Origin: an uncultured Acidimicrobiales bacterium
Lineage (GTDB): Bacteria > Actinomycetota > Acidimicrobiia > Acidimicrobiales > Ilumatobacteraceae
Assembly (NCBI GenBank): GCA_963728985.1
Contig: CAVSME010000008.1
Coordinates: 153,485 to 217,484 of the forward strand
DNA length: 64,000 nucleotides
Reading direction: 5' to 3'
Every line of letters starts with the position of its first letter. Position 1 is the stretch's first letter. Of this stretch, positions 54,799 through 64,000 are shown piece after piece. The translations under genes and the position numbers were made by a program. The notes below the pieces were generated by a model. It had not been told where the DNA came from. It saw only the letters and a list, made by a program, of their open reading frames with translations, and ran no database searches.

Positions 54799-57604
54799 CG
54801 GGCGAACCTCTGCGGACCGCAACGACCAGGAGGACGCCGGCGAGAGCGGCGACGACGGCGATCCATGCTGTCGGCAGTGCACCGGAACCCGTTGGAGGGA
54901 GCTGACCGACGGGGATCGGGTCGACGATGACGGCGGCCGAAGTACCGATGGGGACGCCGTCGCTCGTGGCCGCTACGACGCACGAGTACGTGGAGGTGTC
55001 GTCCACACCGGTCACCACCAGCGCTGAAGTCGGGCCCTCGACACGAGCAGTGGGACCCGTCGGGCTGATGCAGGTCGCCGTGTAGGTGATCGTCGCTTCG
55101 GGCTGCTCGGCGACGCGCAGCCCCTGCAGCGCGCTGGCGGCGGCTGGTCCGGCGACGAAGCTGAGCGTGATCGCTTCGTGGGTGCGGGCGTGGGCCGTGA
55201 TGGTGATGGTCAACGGGACGGCCTGGGCGGGTGGCGCGGTCGGCGGGTTGGCGATCGGCGGCACGGTGCCAGGCGGCGTCACGGGGGGTGCCGGCGACTG
55301 GCAGCCGAAGCACTGGTCGTACCCGGTGAGCTGCTGGCCGACGCCGACGGCGATGAGCGTCGCGTGCTGTGCGATCGGGTCGGGACCGCCCTCGGTGGTC
55401 CCCGCCAGGGACAGGTCGACGCCGCGCCACCATTGCGCCTGGTAGGTGCGCGCCGGATCGACGGGGTCGTGGACGGTGGGCGCCGGTTGGCCGGTGTCAC
55501 AGCCCAGGAACGCGAGCGCGTACGTGCCAGAGGGGATCCCGTTCACCGTGAAGGTGCCGTCCGCGTCGACCGGCGCGAACAAGGCGTACTGGTTGGCGAG
55601 GTAGACGACGGCGCACGCGCCCGTGATCGCAACGCCGTCGCCGTTGCGGATCGAGCCGGTGAGGGTCGAGGTGGCGCCGGCCGCGAGCGTGGCATCGACC
55701 CCGCTGACGCGTTGGCCGAGCGCGACGGGGATGGTGTTCGGCGCGGTGAGGCCGGCGTGGCTGGGCTGCTGCGTGCAGTCGACGAACTGGACCGTGAAGT
55801 CACCGGCCGCATTGAGGATCATCTGGTAGTTGCCGTTGCCGTCGGTCTGAGCGAGCGCACCGAACGCTCGTGGCGTGGCGGCCTGCACGCAGATGCCGGG
55901 GAGCGGCCGCTGCTGGTCGTCGGTGACGGTGCCGCTGATCATCGCGGCCGCGGTGAGTTGCACGTCGACGCCTGTGCGGTGCTCCCCGGCCTGGAGATCG
56001 ACGATGCCGGCCGCCTCGTAGGTGTCGGCCGCTGGCCACCACACGCTGCGGTAGGGCCCGACCACGTTGCAGTCCTGCACCCGGACGCGCACCTGCGCCG
56101 CTGGTAGGCCGGTGAAGGCGTAACTGCCATCAGGGCCGGTGACGACGTGGCCGAGACCGTCCGGTCCGTTGGGGGTGGCGACGACAGCGTCGACGCACAC
56201 GTTGCCGACGGGATGACCCTGCGGGTCGGTGACCGTCCCGGTGATCGACGCCGCCGCGCCGAGCTGGGCGTCGATCCCGTCACGCTCGGGCCCGTCCGCG
56301 GCGACGAGCTCCAGCAGCGTCGCGCTGTTGTAGCTCGGCTGCTGCTGCCAGTACGTCGCCGCCCACGACGGTGGCGAGGAGTCGTCGCGGAACTGCACGC
56401 GATAGCGGCCGGGCGGCACCGGGCTGGCCCCGTAGTGACCAGTGGCGTCGGTGCGGCCGAACCCCGACGCCCCGGGACCGTCGGGATTGACGTTGACGCT
56501 GATGTCGGCCAGCGGGTTGCCCGCGGCGTCGGTGACCGTGCCACCGACGCGGATCCCGTCCGGCAGCCGGGCGTCGATGCCGGCGCGCACCTCGCCCGGC
56601 GCCAGCACCAACGATGTCGAGGCAGTGGCGTCGGTGACGCCGTTGTACCACTGGTCGATGTGCGTCGGGACCACCGAGCAGTCGTGGAACTGGACGCGGA
56701 TGTCGATCCCGCCCGGCAGAGCGGTCAGCGAGTAGCTGCCATCGGCGGTAGTGCGCGTAGACGAGCCGAGGCCGGAGAACCAGTTCTGGTCCGGCGTGTT
56801 CGCGTTCACGCAGATGTCGGCCAGCGGCGCACCCGCCTCGTCGGTGACCACGCCGGTGATCGTCGCCGCCGCCGCCAAGCTGGCGTTGACGCCTCCGTGC
56901 TCGTGGCCGGCGGCCAGGCTGAGCTCCACCGGCATCGCGGTGTTGAAGGTCACCGCCGAGGACCAGAACTGCGTCGCCCAGACGTTGTTCGGGTCGCTGA
57001 ACTGCACCCGGTAGCTGCCGTCGGGAAGCGGACCCATTCGGTACGTCCCGTCCTGCGCCGTCTGCGCACCCGCCGACGGGCCCGGACCACTGAAGGGGTT
57101 GGCGTTCACGTTGATCCCGGCCACCGGTGAGCCCGCACCGTCGGTCACGACACCGGAGATGGCGACGCCGTCGGCGAGGGTCACGTCGGCCAACGCCACG
57201 TCGGTGTTCGCCACGACGGTGACCGGGTCGGCCTGGTCCTGCTGCGCGTGACCGCGGTACCAGCTCGCCACGTAGATCGGCGTGGCGGTGCAGTCGACGA
57301 ACAGGATCGTGTGGTCCCCGGGCTCGATGCCGTCGACCACGTAGGTGCCGTCCACCGCGGTCGTCGTCCCGGGACCGTTGGACACGCCGACACAGATCCC
57401 CGCGAGCGGGTCGCCCGCGATGTTGACGACCCGCCCTGACACCGAGCCCGCATCGACCGGCGCCGCCGAGACCGGCGCGCTCACCGCCAGCACCAACAGC
57501 GCCGCAGCAATGACCGCCGCACCGATGCCGCCCATCCATCGGCCGGTCGGGCCACCGCGGTGGCCGGCAAGCACAGACCGGCGCGATTTGGTCAGCGCAG
57601 GCAC
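54791..57604 (-). CDS. LPXTG-anchored surface protein with about nine carboxypeptidase-regulatory-like (Ig-like) repeats and an FN3-like domain
   Basis: Signal peptide (IGAAVIAAALLVLAVSAPVSAAP). Repeated units of the type I(S/T)G(V/T)VTD..G.P(V/L)AG(I/V)CV......DG(T/S)Y.(L/M)..LP.G.Y.VQF.D. C-terminal LPPTG + hydrophobic helix + RRGS sorting signal. Confidence 0.85.
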   Translation of the reverse strand: MPALTKSRRSVLAGHRGGPTGRWMGGIGAAVIAAALLVLAVSAPVSAAPVDAGSVSGRVVNIAGDPLAGICVGVSNGPGTTTAVDGTYVVDGIEPGDHTILFVDCTATPIYVASWYRGHAQQDQADPVTVVANTDVALADVTLADGVAISGVVTDGAGSPVAGINVNANPFSGPGPSAGAQTAQDGTYRMGPLPDGSYRVQFSDPNNVWATQFWSSAVTFNTAMPVELSLAAGHEHGGVNASLAAAATITGVVTDEAGAPLADICVNANTPDQNWFSGLGSSTRTTADGSYSLTALPGGIDIRVQFHDCSVVPTHIDQWYNGVTDATASTSLVLAPGEVRAGIDARLPDGIRVGGTVTDAAGNPLADISVNVNPDGPGASGFGRTDATGHYGASPVPPGRYRVQFRDDSSPPSWAATYWQQQPSYNSATLLELVAADGPERDGIDAQLGAAASITGTVTDPQGHPVGNVCVDAVVATPNGPDGLGHVVTGPDGSYAFTGLPAAQVRVRVQDCNVVGPYRSVWWPAADTYEAAGIVDLQAGEHRTGVDVQLTAAAMISGTVTDDQQRPLPGICVQAATPRAFGALAQTDGNGNYQMILNAAGDFTVQFVDCTQQPSHAGLTAPNTIPVALGQRVSGVDATLAAGATSTLTGSIRNGDGVAITGACAVVYLANQYALFAPVDADGTFTVNGIPSGTYALAFLGCDTGQPAPTVHDPVDPARTYQAQWWRGVDLSLAGTTEGGPDPIAQHATLIAVGVGQQLTGYDQCFGCQSPAPPVTPPGTVPPIANPPTAPPAQAVPLTITITAHARTHEAITLSFVAGPAAASALQGLRVAEQPEATITYTATCISPTGPTARVEGPTSALVVTGVDDTSTYSCVVAATSDGVPIGTSAAVIVDPIPVGQLPPTGSGALPTAWIAVVAALAGVLLVVAVRRGSPVT

Positions 57605-57832
57605 AAGGGACCCCCTACTCCGTGGACGCCCAGTCGGCCGGATCAGCTCGCACCGCGCGGTTACTTCCCCACCGATGGTAGGCGCGCCGGCGACTCAGGG
57701 CGCGAAAACGACTGGCTGTGCCCGCTCGCCAGCGTGCGCCGTCGCCAACATCGACGTGAGACCTCTCGGCGCCCCGATGCCCGCACTGGCCGCTTCTCGT
57801 CGGCCGCCCGTGTTGCGGACCACCGCCCGCCG

Positions 57833-58726
57833 TCAGACCGGGCCGTCGGGTCCACGCTGGGCGAACAGCGTGTGTGCCGGGTCCTGCGCCGAAGCGAGGC
57901 CGGACTCGAACACGCACAGCCGCTGCGCGAGAGCACCGCTCACCACGGCGACCGCGCCCGCGACGACGACCGGGCGGCGGCGCCCGGCGGCCAGCAACAC
58001 CGCGCCGCCGCACGACAGCACCTCGGCCGCCCGCCGGTAGGCGCCGGCCCGGCCACCTTGGCGGGCGGCGGCGAGCGGTCCGAGCTCTCGCTCGATGGCG
58101 CGGGCGATCACCGCCTCGGTGAGGGCCGCCCCGGCACCGAGTAGGCGCGCGGGGCCGCCGTCGGGTCCACCGGCCGTGATCGCGGCCGCGCCGCCGGCAC
58201 TGGCTGCTGCACTGGCAGCGAACAAGACCGGCAACAGGCGCCGGCTCTCGTGCCAAACAGGTGTCGCTGTGTCGCTCACCAGCACGGCCGTGTAGGTGGT
58301 CAAGACCGATCCGAGCAGCGCGGCGGTGACATCGAGCGCCAGGCCGGTGCGCGAGGAGCGCGAGCGTCCGGTGCAAAGGGCGGCGCCGGCGGCCACCGGG
58401 CTGTACGCGGCGAGGAGCCAGCTGCCGACGCTCATCGGCGACGTCGGCTTCATCACCCGCAGCATGTTGGCGAACCGCGAGGGACGACCGAGGTCGGCGA
58501 CGAGCAGCACCGGGCTGGGTGCCAGCCCGACCAACGCCCAGCGCCGAGCGTGCGAAGCCAGCCGGGGCTGGCCGAGGACTCGGGCGGCCGCGGCGAGCAC
58601 CGAGGACGCACCGGCGAGGCCACCGGTGAAGAAGTAGGCAGCGATCTCCTTCTTCCAGGGTGCCGCCTTCACCAGCGGCTCGCCGTAGTAGCCCGGCTCG
58701 TCGCGTCCGGTGGTCCAGCCGGTCAT
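57833..58726 (-). CDS. NrfD/PsrC-type integral membrane quinone-interacting subunit
   Basis: AAPWKKEIAAYFFTGGLAGASSVL... with about 8 TM segments. ATG overlaps the Fe-S subunit stop (ATGA). Confidence 0.85.
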   Translation of the reverse strand: MTGWTTGRDEPGYYGEPLVKAAPWKKEIAAYFFTGGLAGASSVLAAAARVLGQPRLASHARRWALVGLAPSPVLLVADLGRPSRFANMLRVMKPTSPMSVGSWLLAAYSPVAAGAALCTGRSRSSRTGLALDVTAALLGSVLTTYTAVLVSDTATPVWHESRRLLPVLFAASAAASAGGAAAITAGGPDGGPARLLGAGAALTEAVIARAIERELGPLAAARQGGRAGAYRRAAEVLSCGGAVLLAAGRRRPVVVAGAVAVVSGALAQRLCVFESGLASAQDPAHTLFAQRGPDGPV

Positions 58727-59517
58727 CGCCGTCCGACCAGGACGGCACCGACCGCGGCAGCTACCAAGCCCACGCTGGCCAGAAGGGCGCGGGACCAGGT
58801 CGCTGCCACTGTGCGGGTCGCCGCCAGTGGATCGGGAGGCAAGCCGTAGACCTCGGGTTCGTCGAGCAGCAGGAAGAAGGCCGCCGCTCCCCCTACGCCG
58901 TCGTCCTCGGAGTGGCCGTACAGCCGAGCCTCATCGACGCCGCGCCCGTGCAGTTCCGCCAGCCGGTCGTCAGCCCGCCGGCGAAGCTCGGCGAGGGGGC
59001 CGAACTGGATCGAGTCGGTGGGACAGGCCTGCGCACACGCCGGCTCCAGATCGCCGCGCAGCCGGTCGTAGCACAACGTGCACTTCCACACCCGTCCGTC
59101 GTCCTCGCGTCGGTCGATCACGCCGAACGGGCAAGCGGGCACGCAGTAACCGCAGCCGTTGCAGACGTCTTCCTGCACGACCACCGTGCCGAACTCGGTC
59201 CGGAACAGCGCACCGGTCGGGCAGACGTCAAGGCAGGCCGCCTGGGTGCAGTGCTTGCACACGTCCGAGCTCATGAGCCAGCGGATCTCCGGCCGGTCCG
59301 TCTCGCTGCCGTCCGGACGCGCGACCGGGCGCGTCTGCTCGATGAAGGCGACGTGGCGCCAGTTGTCGGCGTCGAGGCGCATCGTGTTGTCGTAGGAGTT
59401 CCCGCTCAGCGCCCGGTCGCGGTCAGGTACGAGGTTCCACTCCTTGCACGCAACCTCGCAGGCCTTGCATCCGATGCACACCGACGTGTCGGTGAAGAAC
59501 CCCACCCGGTCCGTCAC
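58723..59517 (-). CDS. 4Fe-4S dicluster subunit of a formate-dehydrogenase/DMSO-reductase-type complex, C-terminal TM anchor
   Basis: The GTG start overlaps the catalytic subunit stop (GTGA). CIGCKACEVACKEWN, CKHCTQAACLDVCP, CNGCGYCVPACPFG, CTLC...CAQACP. Tail LLASVGLVAAAVGAVLVGRR. Confidence 0.92.
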   Translation of the reverse strand: MTDRVGFFTDTSVCIGCKACEVACKEWNLVPDRDRALSGNSYDNTMRLDADNWRHVAFIEQTRPVARPDGSETDRPEIRWLMSSDVCKHCTQAACLDVCPTGALFRTEFGTVVVQEDVCNGCGYCVPACPFGVIDRREDDGRVWKCTLCYDRLRGDLEPACAQACPTDSIQFGPLAELRRRADDRLAELHGRGVDEARLYGHSEDDGVGGAAAFFLLLDEPEVYGLPPDPLAATRTVAATWSRALLASVGLVAAAVGAVLVGRR

Positions 59518-62500
59518 GGCCTTGCACCCCGATGGCGCTCGACCAGGGTCCGCAGCTCGGCGCCTCGCGGCCTCGGCCCCGACACGACGTCGCAAGTGAG
59601 CGCCTTGGTGTCCTGGATGTGGACGTTCGGGTCGAGGGCGAGGCCGAGGAGGTCGTTGGCCGAGTCGCCGGTCGTCCGCCCCCGGCGGCCCCAGTGGAAG
59701 GGCACGCCCACCTGGTGCACAGCCCTCCCTCGGATCCGCAGCGGCACCATCCGCGGCGTGACCAGGACGCGCGCCTCGATGGCGCTGCGAGTCGTGACGA
59801 TGGTGGCCCACCCGCCGTGCTCGAGGCCCCGCAGCGATGCCAGCGCCGGGCTGACCTCGCAGAACAGCTCGGGCTGGAGTGCGTTCAGTCGGCCGATGGT
59901 GCGGCTCATGGCGCCAGCGGTGTGGTGCTCTGTGAGCCGGTAGGTCGTGAGGACGAACGGGTACGAACCGGCGCCAGGCGCATCCGAAGACGGATTGGTC
60001 GGGTTGGCCTCGTGCTCGATCGGCTGGATGGCAGGATTCGCCTGCTGGCGGTAGAGCGGGTTCCCGACCGGCGACTCGAACGGCTCGTAGTGGGTTGGCA
60101 AGGGCCCGTCCTTCAGGCCGGCCGGCACGAACAGCCATGCCTTGCCGTCTGACTGCATGATGAACGGGTCCCGCCCGCCGAGGGCTGCTTCCGCCTCGGC
60201 CCCCTCGGGTGGGACGTGATCCGGAGCGGTCGTGCCCGGGAAGTCGGCGACGTCGACACCGGTCCAGCGGCCGATGCTCGGGTCCCACCAGACGTACCGG
60301 CGCCGCTCGGACCACGGCCGGCCGTCGGGATCGGCCGACGCCCGGTTGTAGAGGATGCGCCGGTTGGCCGGCCAGGCCCAGCCCCACTCCGCGGCGACCC
60401 AGTCCTGCTCGAACCGTGGCCGGCGGCGGCGGGTCTGGTTCACGCCCTCGGTCCGGCAGCCGCAGTAGATCCAGCACCCGCACCGGGTCGAGCCGTCGGG
60501 CTTCAGCTCCGTGTAGGACGACAGGGGCCGACCCTCTGGGTCCCAGCCGTTGATCTCGGCCAGCACCGCCTCGGCATCGGGATCGTCGTGGCGGCCGACC
60601 GTGGGGTAGTCCCACGTCAAGTCGAGCAGTGGCCGGTCCCGGTCATCCGTCGAGCCCGCCAGCTTCTCGCGGATGATGCGCCCGAGGTGGTAGGTGAACC
60701 ACAGCTCCGAACGCTGGTCGTCGGCCGGATCGACGGCCTTGTCGTGCCATTGGAGGAGGCGCTGGGTCTGCGTGAAAGACCCGTCCTTCTCGGTGTGGGC
60801 CGCCGCCGGCATGAGGAACACTTCCGTCCCGATGTCGGCCGTGCGCAGCTCACCTGTCTCGATCTCGGGTGAGTCGTACCAGAAGGCAGCGGTCTCGATC
60901 TCCTGCAGGTCCCGCACGACGAGCCAGTCGAGCTCGGCCAGGGCCAGGCGATGCAGGCGCGAGTTGCCGGAGCCGACCGCCGGGTTCTCTCCGAGGACGA
61001 AGAATCCCGTCACGGTGCCCGCCAGCATGCCGAGGACGCTCTGATAGGTGGAGTGGTCGCCCGTCAGACGAGGCAGGTAGCCGAACGCGAAGTCGTTGTC
61101 CGCGGTGGCGGCGTCGCCCCACCAGGCCTTCAGGAGGCTGACCACGTACGCCCGCATGTGACCCCAGTAACCGGTGGTTCCGGCGTCGTGTTCGAGGTAG
61201 TCGTCGAGCCCTTCGCCGTGATCGGCGTGCGGCATGGGGATGTAGCCCGGCAGCAGGTCGTAGAGCGTCGGGACGTCGGTTGAGCCCTGGATGCTGGCGT
61301 GGCCCCGCAGCGCCATGATGCCCCCGCCGGGCCGACCGATGTTGCCGAGCAACGTCTGCAGGATGGCGGCGGTGCGGATGTACTGCACACCGGTGGAGTG
61401 GTGCGTCCATCCGACCGCGTAGCAGAACGCCCCCGTTCGCTCCCGTCCGGAGTTGGTGCACAGCAGCTCGGCCACGCGGAGCAGCATCTCGGGCTCGATG
61501 CCGCAGGTCTCGCTCACCATCTCCGGCGTGTACCGGGCGAAGTGCCGCTTGAGGATCTGGTACACGCAGCGCGGGTCCTGAAGGGTCTCGTCCCGCTCAG
61601 GCTGCCCGGGGCCGTGGCCACCACCATGGCCGCCAGCCACTTCGCCGTAGCTCGTCTCGTGCTCGCGGGCTCCGGCCGACGGCGCCGACCAGGCCCCGGC
61701 GTACTGCCATGACGTGGGGTCGTACGTCGCCGACTCCGCATCGAATCCCGAGAACACGCCGCCCAGATCTTCGGCGTCCACGTAGGCGTCGTTGATGATC
61801 GTGGCGGCGTTCGTGTAGGGCACCACGTACTCCATGAAGCAGCGATCGTGCGTCAGCACATGGTTCACGAGTCCGCCGAGGAAGGCGATGTCGGTGCCGG
61901 CGCGGATCGGCACGAACACGTCGGCCAGGGCGGACGTGCGCGTGAACCTGGGGTCGACGTGGATGATCGTGGCGCCCCGTGCCTTCGCTTCCATGACCCA
62001 CTGGAAGCCGACGGGATGGGCCTCGGCCATGTTCGACCCCTCGATGAGGATCACGTCAGCGTGCTGCAGGTCCTGCTGGAAGGAGGTGGCCCCACCGCGC
62101 CCGAAGGATGTCCCCAAACTGGGGACGGTCGAGGAGTGTCATATGCGTGCTTGGTTCTCGATCTGGATGGCGCCGAGTGCCGTGAACAGCTTCTTGATGA
62201 GATAGTTCTCCTCGTTGTCGAGCGTCGCCCCGCCCAAGGAAGCGAAGCCCGTGGCCCGCCGCAACGGCCGGCCCTCTTCGTCCTTGTCTTCCCAGAACTG
62301 CCGGCGGTTGGCGATGACGCGATCGGCGATCATGTCCATCGCGCGGTCCAGAGGTAGGTCTTCCCAAGCCGTGCCGAACGGCCGGCGGTAGCGAACGGTG
62401 GCGAGCCTCGTCGGTGAGGTGACCAGCGATCGGGTGGCGGCTCCCTTGGGGCACAGCCGTCCTCGCGAGATCGGGCTGTCCGGGTGGCCCTCGATCTGCA

Positions 62501-62723
62501 GGATCTGCTCGTCCTTGACGAAGACACGCTGGGCGCAGCCGACGGCGCAATACGGACAAACCGACGACACGACGCGTTCAGCCGTCTCGGTGCGGGGTCG
62601 CAACGTGGCCTGCCGAGGCGATCGCACTGCATCGCCTCGAGCGGTGCGGTCCGGCGTCGTCACCTGCCGCACGACCGGCCACGATCGCACGAGGTCGAGT
62701 AGCGAGCGGCGCGGTGCCATCAC
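59514..62723 (-). CDS. fdhA: formate dehydrogenase-type molybdopterin catalytic subunit with in-frame UGA (putative selenocysteine)
   Basis: Track ORFs 62139..62723 and 59514..62117 share one frame and are separated only by TGA at 62139-62141. The joined sequence reads ...KKLFTALGAIQIENQARI-U-HSSTVPSLGTSFGRGGATSFQQDL.... N-terminal CPYCAVGC..C Fe-S motif and a PRRSLLDL Tat-like N-terminus. Confidence 0.88.
62110..62126 (-). promoter_or_regulatory. candidate SECIS hairpin
   Basis: mRNA reads UGA-CACUCCUCGACC-GUCCCC(A)GUU(U)GGGGAC. The 6-7 bp stem starts 12 nt after the UGA, and the apical loop contains GU. Confidence 0.45.
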
Positions 62724-62772
62724 TAGAGCGCTACCCGCGCCCTCGTCGCAGTAGTCGGGCGGTCAGGTCGCC

Positions 62773-63660
62773 TCAACCGGGCAGTTCCGGGAGGAGGCGG
62801 TCAAGCCGGATCGGCAGGTCGCGGACGCGGATCCCGGTGGCGTCGTGGACGGCGTTGGCCACGGCCGCGGCGGTGCCGACGATGCCGATCTCGCCGATGC
62901 CCTTCGCCCCCGCCGGCCCCAGCGTCGCCTCCTGCTCGTCCAGCCAGGCGACGTCGATGGCGCCGATGTCGGCGTTGGCGGCCAGGTGGTAATGGGCGAG
63001 GTCGTGGTTCACGATGTCACCGAAGGCGGGATCGAGCACGCCCTCCTCGAAGAGTGCCATCGAGACGCCCATGGTCATGCCGCCGATGAACTGCGACCGG
63101 GCCATACAGGGGTTGAGGATGCGGCCAGCGGCGAAGACGCCGGTCAGGCGGGGGACCCGCAGCTCCCCGGTGTCGGCGTCGACGCGCACCTCGGCGAATT
63201 GGGCCCCGAACGTGAACGAAGCCACCTCCGGTCGCTGTTCCAGCTCGTCCGCTGTCGCCGCCTCGGCCTGAGCGCCGCCGGGAGGGATGCCGCCGGCGAT
63301 CTCGTCGCGAATCGCGTCGACGGCCCGGGCGACGGCCCATGTCCACGACGCCGTGCCCATCGAGCCGCCGGCGATCATGGCCGGTGGGAGGCGGCTGTCG
63401 GCGATGCGGAGGGTGACGTCGGCCGGCGTCACGCCGGCGCGCTCGGCGGCGAAGGCCAGGAGCGCCGTGCGGGCGCCCGTCCCGATGTCCGCCGCGTCGA
63501 TCTCGACCACCCACCGCCCGTCCTCGTCCACCGCCGCCCGTGCCGATGACTGTTGGGCACGAGCGGGGTAGATGGATGCCGCCACTCCGGTGCCGACGAA
63601 CCACCGACCCTCGCGCCGGCGGCCGGGTCGGGACCGTCGACCCTCCCAACCGAACCGCAC
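62773..63660 (-). pseudogene. xanthine-dehydrogenase/CO-dehydrogenase-family molybdopterin subunit, C-terminal third only
   Basis: Only the last ~290 aa are present (GTGVAASIYPA...DIGTGARTAL...GGSMGTAS...GAKGIGEIGIVGTAAAVANAVHDATG). No N-terminal domains lie upstream. Confidence 0.7.
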
Positions 63661-63662
63661 TT

Positions 63663-63995
63663 GCCTCCGACCGTCGCCAGGTTGCGGACCTGCCCCGAAG
63701 CGCCGGCGAGGAGGGCCTGGGCGAGGAGCGGGTAGCCGCCGGTGATGCGCCGGTCGGAGGCGACGTCGCTGTTGCGCTCCATGGCGCCGATGCGCAGGCC
63801 GCCGGCGTCCGTCGGCTCGATGCCGCCGAGCCGCAAGCGCGACACGTCGACGAGCATCGTGGGCTCGGTGGCGCCGAGCTTCATCAGGTCCACGAGATTG
63901 GTACCTCCGCCCACGTAGCTGGCGCCGGGCGTCGTGGCCACGAGGGTCACCGCCTCGTCGCGGTCGCCGGGACGAGCGAAGGCGAAGGGCCTCAT
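63663..63995 (-). pseudogene. FAD-binding subunit (CoxM/XdhA-like), N-terminal third only
   Basis: MRPFAFARPGDRDEAV...YVGGGTNLVDLMKLG...LRIGAMERNSDVA...YPLLAQALLAGASGQVRNLATVGG. The sequence then runs straight into the large-subunit remnant in another frame. Confidence 0.7.
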
Positions 63996-64000
63996 CCCGC

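Noticed and set aside
62117-62141. The apparent split of the molybdopterin subunit into two ORFs, read as a nonsense-mutation pseudogene.
   Set aside because: The stop is a TGA in the same frame as both halves, sits exactly at the conserved Sec/Cys position (NQARI-U-HS), and is followed by a hairpin. Selenocysteine recoding is the better explanation, though it still needs sel genes elsewhere in the genome.

Overview
This is a very GC-rich, actinobacterium-like chromosomal segment. The lineage call is inferred from gene content: DinB/mycothiol-type proteins, an MmyB-type regulator, GAF-ANTAR regulators, a SigJ-like ECF sigma factor, a DHA2 MFS transporter and a DesA3-like desaturase. I can support about 60 protein-coding genes on both strands. 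Most are ordinary redox and lipid-type metabolism or envelope functions: two SDRs, a CoA-transferase, two acyl-CoA dehydrogenases, two Baeyer-Villiger monooxygenases, BKACE, quinone oxidoreductase, desaturase, D-aminoacylase, PhyH dioxygenase, GH15, a class A PBP, an OafA-type acyltransferase, an LPXTG surface protein, a CDF transporter and a CrcB pair. I found no rRNA, tRNA, CRISPR array, cas genes or recognisable defence or secretion island, and no clearly new multi-gene system. Four things are not explained by ordinary gene calls. (1) Two families of intergenic structured repeats: a ~90-bp element with three near-identical copies and one diverged copy, and a 77-bp unit present as a 2.6-copy tandem array plus diverged dispersed copies. 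(2) A three-gene formate-dehydrogenase-type operon whose catalytic subunit carries an in-frame TGA exactly at the selenocysteine position, followed by a hairpin; the ORF track splits this gene in two. (3) An unusually high density of damaged genes, with single-base frame disruptions at short G/C runs and several internal deletions that fuse gene remnants. (4) A truncated IS982-family transposase remnant. Many long ORFs in the track are antisense or off-frame artefacts of the GC content. Start codons were re-picked where 4-nt overlaps, Shine-Dalgarno-like sequences or family knowledge supported it.
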